29,689 bases of DNA from a virus (lineage: Duplodnaviria; Caudoviricetes). The stretch covers positions 1-29,689 of the IMG/VR virus record IMGVR_UViG_3300037722_000033; one strand, written 5' to 3'. Shown here one piece after another: positions 9,347 to 17,766 of the stretch. Made by a program: the position numbers and the translations under genes. Numbering within the stretch: position 1 is the stretch's first letter; every line of letters starts with the position of its first letter. The notes under the pieces are model-generated. The model was not told the DNA's origin and did no database searches. It saw nothing but the letters and a program-made list of their open reading frames with translations.

Positions 9347-10828
9347 ATGACGATCGAAGCATCCGCCGTTGCCCGCGTGACCGGCATCACGACCGAGTTC
9401 ATCAATCTGCGTGTCGAAAGCGTCCTGTTCCTCCCGCAGCGCATTGCCGTCTTCGCGCAAGGCGCGAGCGCGAGCACGTACAGCACCGACAAGGTCGAGG
9501 TGGAAAGCGGCGCGCAGATCGGCGCGCTGTTCGGCTGGGGCTCGCCTGCGCATCTCATCGCCGACGCGCTGAAGCCGGCCAACGGCAGCGGGGTCGGCTC
9601 GATCCCGGTCACGCTCTACCCGCTCGAAGATGGCTACGAGGCGGTCACTGCGGAAGGATCGATCACTCCCTCCGGCTCGCAGACGAAGGCGGCGACGTAC
9701 TACGTCCGCGCCGGCGGCGTTCTCTCGGCGCCGTTCGTGGTCGACCCGGACACGGACAGCGTAGCGGAGATCTGCGACGCGATCGTCGACGCAGTCAACG
9801 CGGTCCCGAAGATGCCAATCATCGCGACCGGCAACGCGACGGACGTCGTCGTTGCTCCGAAGTGGGCGGGACCCTCCGGCGATCTCGTGGTCGTCGAAGT
9901 CATCGGCGACGCGCTCGGTGTCACGTACACGATCGTGCAGCCGACCGGCGGGCTCGTCGTGCCCGACATCACTGCGGCGCTCGCGCAGATGGGCAACGTC
10001 TGGGAGACGATGCTCCTGAACGCGGAGGACATCGCCGAGACCACGCTGCTCGACGAGTTCCAGACGGAAGGTGAAACGCGGTGGGGCGAGCTCGTACGCA
10101 AGCCGTTCGTCTGCTTCACCGGCAACACGATCGCGGCGCAGGCTTCGGCGACGGCCGTCTCCGACGCGCGCCCGACCGATCGAATCAACGCGCAGCTCGT
10201 TGCGCCCGGCTCGCCGACGCTCCCGTGCGTCGTTGCCGCGCGGCAGCTCGTGCAGATCGCCCGCGTGGCCAACAACAACCCGCCCGTGGACTACGGCTCG
10301 CGCGCGGTCTCGGGAGTCATCCCGGGCACCGACGCGGAGCAGTGGAACTACAGCGTTCGCGACCTCGCCGTGAAGAACGGCTCGTCGACGATCGAGGTGC
10401 GCGACGGCCTCGTGCACGTCGCAGACGTGGTGACGTTCTACCACCCGACCGGCGAAGAGCCGCCCGCGTATCGGTACGTCGTCGACATCGTGAAGCTGCA
10501 GAACATCATCTTCAACGTCGATCTCATCTTCGCGACTGCGGAGTGGGACGGCGCGCCACTCGTGCCGGACAACCAAGCCGTGACGAACCCGGCGGCCCGC
10601 AAGCCGAAGAGCGCGAAGAGCGAAGTCGCTGCGCTCATGGACGCGCTCGGGCTCGCGGCAATCATCAGCGATCCGACCGGGGCGAAGAAGACGATCACGG
10701 CGGAGATCGATTCGGGCAATCCGAAGCGGCTCAACGTGAGCGGAACGTTCCCGCTCTCGGGCAACGCGAACATCAAGGACTTCACGCTCCGGTGGGGTTT
10801 CTTCTTCGGGACGGCCGCAGCCGCCTGA
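9347..10828 (+). CDS. Contractile tail sheath protein (Mu gpL-like)
   Basis: 493 aa; FGWGSPAH, APKWAGPSG, PDITAALA, RDLAVKNGSST, DVVTFY and IDSGNPKRLNV motifs. Confidence 0.92.
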   Translation: MTIEASAVARVTGITTEFINLRVESVLFLPQRIAVFAQGASASTYSTDKVEVESGAQIGALFGWGSPAHLIADALKPANGSGVGSIPVTLYPLEDGYEAVTAEGSITPSGSQTKAATYYVRAGGVLSAPFVVDPDTDSVAEICDAIVDAVNAVPKMPIIATGNATDVVVAPKWAGPSGDLVVVEVIGDALGVTYTIVQPTGGLVVPDITAALAQMGNVWETMLLNAEDIAETTLLDEFQTEGETRWGELVRKPFVCFTGNTIAAQASATAVSDARPTDRINAQLVAPGSPTLPCVVAARQLVQIARVANNNPPVDYGSRAVSGVIPGTDAEQWNYSVRDLAVKNGSSTIEVRDGLVHVADVVTFYHPTGEEPPAYRYVVDIVKLQNIIFNVDLIFATAEWDGAPLVPDNQAVTNPAARKPKSAKSEVAALMDALGLAAIISDPTGAKKTITAEIDSGNPKRLNVSGTFPLSGNANIKDFTLRWGFFFGTAAAA

Positions 10829-10841
10829 TCTGACAATCAAC

Positions 10842-10886
10842 GCGCACGGCGCGGCCGCGTAGTGACGCGGCCATGTCGACGTGCGC
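10842..10886 (+). promoter_or_regulatory. Interrupted hairpin in the leader of the tail tube gene
   Basis: Inner stem GGCCGCGT-AGTG-ACGCGGCC (10853-10872) and outer stem GCGCACG (10842-10848)/CGTGCGC (10880-10886). Confidence 0.5.
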
Positions 10887-10907
10887 CCAGCGCGAGGACG
10901 CACGACC

Positions 10908-11291
10908 ATGGCAGAGACCGGTGGATCGGTCGAAGAGGTCACGCTCCGAGGGCGACGGTTCACCGTTGCCGCGGACGCGGACACGAATCGCAAGCTCGGC
11001 GGCTTCGAAAACGAGCTCCAGGCGAACGGCGACGGAACGGCGCGACAGGTGAAGACCCGCGTGCCGTGGATGATCGACGGCCTGCAGCTCTCGCTCGACG
11101 ACGCACGCGCAGACCACGAGTTCCTGCAGGAGATCGCGGACGGGCAAAGCTTCATCCCGATCACGGTCACGTTCGCGAGCGGCACGACCTATCAAGGACG
11201 AGGCACGATCACGGGCGAACTGCAGGGCGCGAGCCAGAACGCAACGGGCGCCGTGTCGCTCTCGGGACCGGGCAAGCTCGAGCAGCAGTAG
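10908..11291 (+). CDS. Tail tube protein
   Basis: 127 aa beta-rich protein following the sheath (KLGGFENE, ITVTFASGTTYQGRG); ATG 10908 follows GAGGA. Confidence 0.85.
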   Translation: MAETGGSVEEVTLRGRRFTVAADADTNRKLGGFENELQANGDGTARQVKTRVPWMIDGLQLSLDDARADHEFLQEIADGQSFIPITVTFASGTTYQGRGTITGELQGASQNATGAVSLSGPGKLEQQ

Positions 11292-11297
11292 CCCCGC

Positions 11298-13388
11298 GTG
11301 GCCGAGACGCTCGCCGCGCTCGCAACCATCCCGTCCCGCGCGCACTTCCTCCCGCGCGTGTTGGAGTCACTACGGCCACAGGTCGACCGGCTCCACGTCT
11401 ACTTGAACGGCTTCACCGAGGCGCCGCAGTGCGTCCTCGATCTCGCCGACGAATACATCACGGATCCAACCAACAACGGAGCCGAACGCAAACTTCACTG
11501 GTCGTCATCGCACCGGGGTATCTACCTCACGTGTGATGACGACTTTTGCTATTTCGGGGGATACGTTCAGCGGATGCTGGACGCCGTCGAGAAGTGGGAC
11601 GGCGAGGCGATCGTCACCGCGCACGGACGGACATTCCTCGCGAACGCCTCCGGATGGAACTCCGTCAAGGGTCCCGTGGGGCTCTACTTCCGGCGCGTCG
11701 AGTACGGCCGATGGGTGAACTACGGCGGCTCGGGCGTCATGGCGTTCGACACGCGGAAGGTACCGCTCCCGAGTGACCTGCCCGGCGTCAACTGCGTCGA
11801 CGCACAGATCGCGGTGTGGGCGCAGCGGCAAGCCGTGCCAATGTGGCTCGTCCCGCACCCGGCCGCGCCGCGCCGCGGGAACAGCACGTGGATCGAGTCG
11901 CTCGCGCCGCTCGATCCAAAGGGCATCTTCAAGATGTCGCAAGCGACCGGACACGCAAAACGTAACGAGATCATCCGAAGCACGCCGTGGAGCGTCTTCG
12001 AAATCGACCCCGACGAAAACGACCCGGTGAAACGTAGGAAGCGAACGCGCCTGAACGGCGCGCGAATGTCGGTCCCTCCACGGCGGCAGCGTGTCCCGGC
12101 GATGGGCGCTGTGCCACTCATGCGGTGGGACGTCATCAATGAGCTGCTCGGTATCACGCCGGAGCGATGGTTCCTCGAGATCGGCGTACAGCGCGGAGTG
12201 TGCGGGAGCCACGTGCGCGCGGACGTGAAGGCGGGTGTAGACCCGGCGCCACATCCAACGGCTGGGCGCCACTACTCCGCGCTCTACAAGATGACGAGCG
12301 ATCGATTCTTCGAGACGCTCGACCCGGCAACGCGCTTCGACGTGGTGCTCGTCGACGGCCTCCATCACGCAGACCAGGTCGAGCGCGACGTCGACAACGC
12401 ACTGAAGCACCTATCCGAAGACGGCTTCATCGTCATGCACGACTGCGGTCCAGCGACGGAGCCGGCGCAGCGGGTACCGCGCGAAACCGGCGTCTGGAAC
12501 GGCGACTGCTGGAAGGCAATGGTCGCGCTTCGCCGACGTCGCGACGTTGAGGCGTTCACGATCGACGCGGACGAAGGCATCGGCATCGTTCGCAAGCGAC
12601 CGAACCCGGATCCGCTCCGGGCCGTGCCGCGCGAGTTGACGTACGCCGATCTCGCGGCGAACCGAAAGCGCTGGCTCGGACTCGTCTCGCCGGACCTCTG
12701 GCGCGAGCGCATCGGACCCCCGCTCGGCATCGGCTCCGTCACGGTGGTGACGGCGATCTTCGGCGGGCGGGACGAACCGATCCCGGCGCCGGCGTCCAGC
12801 GACGTCGACCGGTGGGTCATGTTCACGGACGGCGCAGAGGTCCCCGGCTGGGAGATCCGACGGGTCGATTCCGAGGGTGACCCCCGGCGAGCCGCCAGGC
12901 GCATCAAGGCTCTCGCGCTCGAGCACGTCGAGGGCGACATCGTGGTGTGGATCGACGGGCGCATCACGGCGAGCGGACTGCCCATCCGTCAGGTTCTGCG
13001 CGAGGCTCTCCGGAGCGCCGACATCGCCGGCTTCCCCCACCCCTGGCGGGACTGCACGTACCTCGAGGCTCGGGACTGCGCCGAGCTCGGACGGGCTCCC
13101 GCGCCCGACCTCGAGGCGCAGACGGCCGCCTACCGGGCCGAGGGCTACCCCGAGCGCGGCGGGCTCTGGAACACGATGGTCCTGGCTCGCCGGCGCAGCG
13201 ACGCCATGGTGGAGCTCGGGCGCGCCTGGTGGGCGGAGCTCGAGCGCCACACCCTCCGCGACCAGGTCTCCCTGCCCGTCGTCCTCTGGCGCGCGGGCAT
13301 CACCCCGGGCCGGCTCGGCCCGGACGTCTACCGGCTTGGCTCGTCCGACCTGTGGTCGCGGGGGTGGCACGCTGGGGGCGAGGAGTGA
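11298..13388 (+). CDS. Three-domain enzyme: GT-A glycosyltransferase + class I SAM methyltransferase (Methyltransf_24-like) + DUF616/TOD1-MUCI70 glycosyltransferase-like domain
   Basis: N-terminal LATIPSR...LESLRPQVDRLHVYLN...YLTCDDD (DxD). Middle FLEIGV, GVDP, MTSDRFF, FDVVLVDGLH, GFIVMHD, WNGDCWKA. C-terminal VVTAIFGGRD, FTD, WIDG, HPWRDCTYLEA, WWAEL...RDQVSLP. Confidence 0.85.
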   Translation: MAETLAALATIPSRAHFLPRVLESLRPQVDRLHVYLNGFTEAPQCVLDLADEYITDPTNNGAERKLHWSSSHRGIYLTCDDDFCYFGGYVQRMLDAVEKWDGEAIVTAHGRTFLANASGWNSVKGPVGLYFRRVEYGRWVNYGGSGVMAFDTRKVPLPSDLPGVNCVDAQIAVWAQRQAVPMWLVPHPAAPRRGNSTWIESLAPLDPKGIFKMSQATGHAKRNEIIRSTPWSVFEIDPDENDPVKRRKRTRLNGARMSVPPRRQRVPAMGAVPLMRWDVINELLGITPERWFLEIGVQRGVCGSHVRADVKAGVDPAPHPTAGRHYSALYKMTSDRFFETLDPATRFDVVLVDGLHHADQVERDVDNALKHLSEDGFIVMHDCGPATEPAQRVPRETGVWNGDCWKAMVALRRRRDVEAFTIDADEGIGIVRKRPNPDPLRAVPRELTYADLAANRKRWLGLVSPDLWRERIGPPLGIGSVTVVTAIFGGRDEPIPAPASSDVDRWVMFTDGAEVPGWEIRRVDSEGDPRRAARRIKALALEHVEGDIVVWIDGRITASGLPIRQVLREALRSADIAGFPHPWRDCTYLEARDCAELGRAPAPDLEAQTAAYRAEGYPERGGLWNTMVLARRRSDAMVELGRAWWAELERHTLRDQVSLPVVLWRAGITPGRLGPDVYRLGSSDLWSRGWHAGGEE

Positions 13389-14347
13389 GGGACGTCCTGC
13401 GAGCCAGCCTGGGCGAACTGGGCGCGCCGCTGAGTGGTCTCCGGGTGCTCCTGGTCGGGTTCTCCGGCGCCGGGTTCCCGGGCGGCGACGGCGCCGACGA
13501 GGCCGCCGCCGAGCTGTCTCGCACCGGGCTGCCAACGGTCCGCGTCCACGGCAGGGACCCCGAGCTCCACGACAGAATCGCCGAGAGCTACGACCTCACG
13601 ATCGTCTGCAACACGAGGGTCGGCGAGGTGCTGCAGCTTCCAGCGCGCGTCTGGGAGTGCGGACGAAAGACGATCTACTGGTGCTGGGATCTCCGTCCTG
13701 GAAGCCACGGCGAGGCTTTGCGGGGACGAGTGCGGCACGCATTCCTCTCGTACCGCGGCGAGTGGCGGACGCCGGGCGGCGAGCTCTACTCCCCGGAGCA
13801 GTGGCAGGCAGCGCTCGACTGCCCGATCGGCTACGCCCCGCAGGGCGCGCCGATCCGCGAACCGACACCCGCCGCCGAAGGCGTCCGCGCTCTATTCGTC
13901 GGCGACCTGGCGAATGGCACCTACCACCGCGGTCGCGGAGAAATCTGCAAGGCCGTCGGAGCGGTCGTGATGAACGAACGCAAGCGCGCTGCGCGGCTCC
14001 GCATCGAGGCGCTGCTGCCATCGCTCTACCCGTCTGCGCGCTACTGCCTGAGCATGTCGCCGCGCGCGCCCGGGTACACGTCGGTGCGCACGTACTCGAT
14101 CCTCGCGTGCGGCGGGCTGCTCGTTCTGCACCGCTTCCCCGGCGCGGGAACGGATCCGCAACTCGGCTTCGAGGACGGCGAGAACTGCATCACCTTCGAC
14201 ACCGTCCACGACCTCCGGCGACGGCTCGCCGATCTCGACGACGACGAAGCGGAGCGCCGACGCATCGCCGAGAACGGACGACGACTCCACGCGACGAAGC
14301 ACACGGTGGCCCACCGCGTGCTCTCGATCTGTCACCAGGTGCTCTGA
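13385..14347 (+). CDS. GT-B glycosyltransferase, CgeB/YkvP-like
   Basis: YWCWD, LFVG, YTSVRTYSILACGGLLV, FEDGENCITF and ERRRIAENGRR...KHTVAHRV C-terminal signature; GTG 13385 overlaps the upstream TGA. Confidence 0.82.
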   Translation: MRDVLRASLGELGAPLSGLRVLLVGFSGAGFPGGDGADEAAAELSRTGLPTVRVHGRDPELHDRIAESYDLTIVCNTRVGEVLQLPARVWECGRKTIYWCWDLRPGSHGEALRGRVRHAFLSYRGEWRTPGGELYSPEQWQAALDCPIGYAPQGAPIREPTPAAEGVRALFVGDLANGTYHRGRGEICKAVGAVVMNERKRAARLRIEALLPSLYPSARYCLSMSPRAPGYTSVRTYSILACGGLLVLHRFPGAGTDPQLGFEDGENCITFDTVHDLRRRLADLDDDEAERRRIAENGRRLHATKHTVAHRVLSICHQVL

Positions 14348-14348
14348 C

Positions 14349-14981
14349 GTGCTCACGATCGTCACCGCGATCTACGGGCCGCGCTTCAAGCTGTACGAGC
14401 CCGAAGAGCGGTGGCCGAACTGCCGGTTCCTTTGCGTCACGGACCGAGCCGACTTCGCGCCGGCGGCGTGGAAGATCCGACACCATCCGATGCGGCTCTC
14501 ACCGCGGCGAAGCAACCGCGCGATCAAGGCGCTGATCCACTACTTCGTTTCCGGGCCGACGCTCTACATCGACGCCGAGTTCAAGCTCGTCGACAACCCG
14601 CACGACATCGTGATGGCCGCGCTCGAGGGCCACTCGTGGGCGGCGACGCGGCACCCGGCGCGTAACTGCCTGTTCGACGAGGGCGCGGCGTGCCTTCGAA
14701 AGCGCATCACGGAATCGCCGGAGGCGCTGCGGCTGCAGATGGAGCGCTACGAAACCGAGGGTATGCCACGCAACGCAGGGCTCTGGGCGGGCGGCATCAT
14801 CGCGCGCAGCGGCGACAAGGCCTCTCGCAAACTCGGTGAAGAGTGGTGGGGCGAAATCGCAGACGGTTCCGAGCGCGACCAGATCGCCCTGCCCTACGTT
14901 GCGCGCAAACTGAATCTCCCGCCCGGCGTGGTCCCGGGCACATACACGGCGCTCCCGTGGCTCGCGCGAAGGAAGCTCTGA
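14349..14981 (+). CDS. DUF616/TOD1-MUCI70 glycosyltransferase-like protein (second copy)
   Basis: IVTAIYG, CVTD, RSNRAIKA, LYIDA, HPARNCLFDEG, GLWAGGIIAR, WWGEI...RDQIALPY; clearly paralogous to the C-domain of 11298-13388. Confidence 0.83.
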   Translation: MLTIVTAIYGPRFKLYEPEERWPNCRFLCVTDRADFAPAAWKIRHHPMRLSPRRSNRAIKALIHYFVSGPTLYIDAEFKLVDNPHDIVMAALEGHSWAATRHPARNCLFDEGAACLRKRITESPEALRLQMERYETEGMPRNAGLWAGGIIARSGDKASRKLGEEWWGEIADGSERDQIALPYVARKLNLPPGVVPGTYTALPWLARRKL

Positions 14982-15577
14982 TGCCGTTCGGCGACAAGTG
15001 GCGAAAGCAAGCGTCGGACTACTGGGACGCCATGGCGGACCGGTGCGCCGGATTGCGCGTCGACGAAGTTCTTGCGGAGCGCGTGCGGCAGTGCGGCTCA
15101 CTGCTCGAAGTGGGATGCGGCGCCGGTCACACGGCGGAGCTGCTATTTGCGCGCGGGTACGCGGGAACCTACTGGGGCTGCGACATCTCGCCCGCAGCAA
15201 TCGCCGCCGCACGGTCTCGCCTCGGGGACCGCGCCACGCTCGAGGTCGGCAGGCTCAAGGAACTGTCCGCATCCGGCGACGTCCCGAGCGCGGACGTTCT
15301 GGTCGCCCGCAGCGTGCTGCAGCACCAAGCACACTGGCTCCCGTTCGTGGAGACCGCACTGCAGCATGCGCCGCTCGCGATGTTCATCGTCATCCGCAAC
15401 GAGTTCGTGAAGGAATCCGGCGAGCACGAAACGCGACACCGCGGCTCCTACTACGACGTCCGGCTTTCGATCGAGGCGATGTATCGCGAGGCGAGCGCGG
15501 CAGGAATCGCGCTGGACGTGAGCCGGATCGAAGGGCGGCTCGGTCCAGAAGTTCTCTTTGGCGTGCGCCGCGTGTGA
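14981..15577 (+). CDS. Class I SAM-dependent methyltransferase
   Basis: Motif I LLEVGCGAG, YWGCDISPAAIAAARSR and DVLVARSVLQH; ATG 14981 (TGATG overlap). Confidence 0.88.
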   Translation: MPFGDKWRKQASDYWDAMADRCAGLRVDEVLAERVRQCGSLLEVGCGAGHTAELLFARGYAGTYWGCDISPAAIAAARSRLGDRATLEVGRLKELSASGDVPSADVLVARSVLQHQAHWLPFVETALQHAPLAMFIVIRNEFVKESGEHETRHRGSYYDVRLSIEAMYREASAAGIALDVSRIEGRLGPEVLFGVRRV

Positions 15578-16218
15578 TGGCGGGGCTCCCGCGGAACCTC
15601 CTACAGAACCGTACGGCCGTTTCGGAGCGTCACGGATTCGCGTTCTGGCGCGTGCCGAAAGCGGCAGGCTCGACGATCACCGCAAGCCTGTACCACGCGA
15701 TGACGGGCGAGCGCGTGACCGAGATGGATCGACTCGACACAATCAAGCTGAACGCCTTCGCGCGCGCAGGATCCATTCCGCGGGAACGACTCGCGCGACT
15801 GTACCGCTTCACCTTCGTCCGGCATCCCGTGCCGCGTACCCTCAGCGCATACCGCGACGTCATCGCGCGACGCCGTGGCGCCGCGTGGAAACGCTACAAG
15901 GCGGTCACCGGTGCGCGCGCCACCCCCGACCCGGACGAGTTCTTGCGCTCACTGGAATCAACGCGAGTCCTCTACACTGACCCGCACTGGGCGCCACAAT
16001 CCGCGATCGTGCCGGTAGACGTAGACGACGTGGGTAAGGTCGCGTCGGCAGAAGCCTGTTGGCGGCGCATCTCGCGGCGGATCTTCGGTGCGCCGCAGCC
16101 GCTCGTCACGGTGGCGGCGCATGCGACGGGCGCGGCACTCGTCGGAGTGACGCCGGAACAACGCACGCGAATCGAGACAATCTTCGCGGAAGACTTCGAG
16201 CGCTTCGGCTACGAGTAA
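15577..16218 (+). CDS. Sulfotransferase (Sulfotransfer_2 family)
   Basis: 5'-PSB loop FWRVPKAAGSTI; 3'-PB motif FTFVRHPVPRTLSAY; DPHWAPQ; C-terminal FAEDFERFGY; ATG 15577 (TGATG). Confidence 0.88.
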   Translation: MAGLPRNLLQNRTAVSERHGFAFWRVPKAAGSTITASLYHAMTGERVTEMDRLDTIKLNAFARAGSIPRERLARLYRFTFVRHPVPRTLSAYRDVIARRRGAAWKRYKAVTGARATPDPDEFLRSLESTRVLYTDPHWAPQSAIVPVDVDDVGKVASAEACWRRISRRIFGAPQPLVTVAAHATGAALVGVTPEQRTRIETIFAEDFERFGYE

Positions 16219-16817
16219 TGGCGCTCGTCATCCCTGGACGTCTCATCTTTGTCCACGTCCCGAAGACTGGCGGCACTTGGATCAAGAAGGTTCTCCGTCC
16301 GCAGATCGGCGGCGCCATCTACACGCGCACGAGCCACGGCAATCCGTGGGCCGCCGCGGGACACCCGGACCTCCGAGACCTCGAAGGCATCGAAGGCTAC
16401 CGGTGCGCATTCGTCCGCCACCCGGTCGACTGGTGGCTTTCATTCTGGCGCCACCGACAGAGGCGCGGCGGCTCGTGGGACATGAGCCTGGAGCTCGACC
16501 GAGCCGTGCGTGCGAAGACGATCAAGCGCTACGTGCACCACATCCTCGAACGAATGCCCGGATTTGTGAGCATGATGTTCGCGCAGTACGCCGGCGTTCC
16601 GGGCCACGAGATCGACTTCGTCGGTCGGCTGGAACGGTTCGACGCGGACATTCGGATCGCGCTCACCCGCGCCGGATTCGACGTGGACGCGCTCGACCTG
16701 ACGGCGGCACCAAAGAACGTCGGCGCCGTGGGACACGAATTCACGCCACGACAACGGCGCGCCATCGCCGAAGCCGAGCGCGCTGGCATCGAGCGCTTCG
16801 GATACGACCCGTGCTGA
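16218..16817 (+). CDS. Sulfotransferase (Sulfotransfer_2 family), second paralog
   Basis: IFVHVPKTGGTWI, AFVRHPVDWWLSFW, IDFVGRLERFDAD and IERFGY; ATG 16218 (TAATG). Confidence 0.88.
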   Translation: MALVIPGRLIFVHVPKTGGTWIKKVLRPQIGGAIYTRTSHGNPWAAAGHPDLRDLEGIEGYRCAFVRHPVDWWLSFWRHRQRRGGSWDMSLELDRAVRAKTIKRYVHHILERMPGFVSMMFAQYAGVPGHEIDFVGRLERFDADIRIALTRAGFDVDALDLTAAPKNVGAVGHEFTPRQRRAIAEAERAGIERFGYDPC

Positions 16818-17353
16818 TTGCCGCGACCGCCTACGACACCGAGAAGAACCTCGGGCGCGCGTACAACGAGACGATGAGCCGGGCGCTCCCCGGTGATTGG
16901 GTCGTGTTCCTCGACCACGATGCGATCTGGACGACGGCGGAATGGTACCCGCAGATCCTCCGCGCGATCGACGCGCATCCGACCGCGGGACTCTTCACGG
17001 CGGTGACGAATCGCATCGGGCGCAAGGAGCAGATCGCACCGGGCGCACCGGCGGGTCACGACATGCGCGAGCACCGCGCACTCGGAAAGCGGCTCTTCGA
17101 GCAGCACGGCTCCCGCGCCGTCGACATGACGATGGGCGGCTGCGTCTCCGGCGTCGTGATGTGTCTCTCCGTCGAAACGTGGGAGGCGATGGGCTACTTC
17201 AGGGACGGGTTTTTCGGCGTGGACAACGAGGCACACAAGGCGGTGCGGCGCATCGGAAAGCGCGTGCTGCTCCTGCCCGGGCTCTACGTCTACCACTGGT
17301 ATCGAGCCGACGGAGTCGGCCACAAGAACGCACCGAAAGCGAGGAAGTCGTGA
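16811..17353 (+). CDS. GT-A (GT2-like) glycosyltransferase
   Basis: NLGRAYN, DWVVFLDHD (DxD), SGVVMCLSVETWEAMGYF, FFGVDN and GLYVYH; GTG start at 16811. Confidence 0.8.
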   Translation: MLIAATAYDTEKNLGRAYNETMSRALPGDWVVFLDHDAIWTTAEWYPQILRAIDAHPTAGLFTAVTNRIGRKEQIAPGAPAGHDMREHRALGKRLFEQHGSRAVDMTMGGCVSGVVMCLSVETWEAMGYFRDGFFGVDNEAHKAVRRIGKRVLLLPGLYVYHWYRADGVGHKNAPKARKS

Positions 17354-17766
17354 GCGAGGAAAGCAAGCCGAAGGTTGCCTTGGAGGTTGCGGAGGAAGAA
17401 TTTACGCGGTTCGTCGAGGAGATGGATCTGGAATTCGACGAGCGCGGCATGGACGACGAAGACCGCGCAGCGTTCCGCGAATGCAAGCGACGCCTTATCA
17501 AGGCGATGGTCAGCGGCGCGCTCGTGATCGACGAGAAGGGTCGGCCGGTCTACTCGCCACGCTCCGACGACGGAGGGCCAATCACTTTCAGTGAGCCCCG
17601 TGGTGGAGACATCAGTCAGATGGACTCGAAGAAGACGAACCACACGATCGGCAAGACCCGCGCGCTCATGGCAGCAATGACGCACCAGCCGGAGCAGCGC
17701 TTCGCCAAGCTGGCAAACCGCGACCTCAAGGTCTGCGAATCGATCCTGATTCTTTTTTTAGCCTGA
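17350..17766 (+). CDS. Tail assembly chaperone (G-like)
   Basis: Acidic 138 aa protein before the TMP (ITFSEPRGGD...FAKLANRDLKVC) ending in a slippery T TTT TTA; GTGA overlap with the upstream GT gene. Confidence 0.8.
   Translation: MSEESKPKVALEVAEEEFTRFVEEMDLEFDERGMDDEDRAAFRECKRRLIKAMVSGALVIDEKGRPVYSPRSDDGGPITFSEPRGGDISQMDSKKTNHTIGKTRALMAAMTHQPEQRFAKLANRDLKVCESILILFLA
17754..17760 (+). other. Programmed -1 ribosomal frameshift site (T TTT TTA)
   Basis: In-frame X XXY YYZ heptamer one codon before the chaperone stop, in an otherwise T-poor genome; the -1 frame stays open to 18014. Confidence 0.85.

Noticed and set aside
9314-11185. Long antisense ORFs (623 aa here; also 1690-3081, 5232-6617, 6476-7624, 26615-27577)
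   Set aside because: These are shadows of well-supported + strand genes in high-GC DNA, with no recognisable motifs.
12877-14535. 552 aa alternative-frame ORF, and the long upstream extensions given for ORFs 12947, 14843, 14998, 16059, 16277, 16897, 21570 and 22907
   Set aside because: Arg/Pro/Ala-rich sequence overlapping real genes; better starts sit at the stop/start overlaps.
11298-17353. Classical serotype-conversion moron or DNA methyltransferase locus
   Set aside because: No membrane flippase or GtrABC-like genes, no separate promoter gap, and no DPPY/NPPY or PCQ DNA-methyltransferase motifs. Disfavoured rather than excluded.
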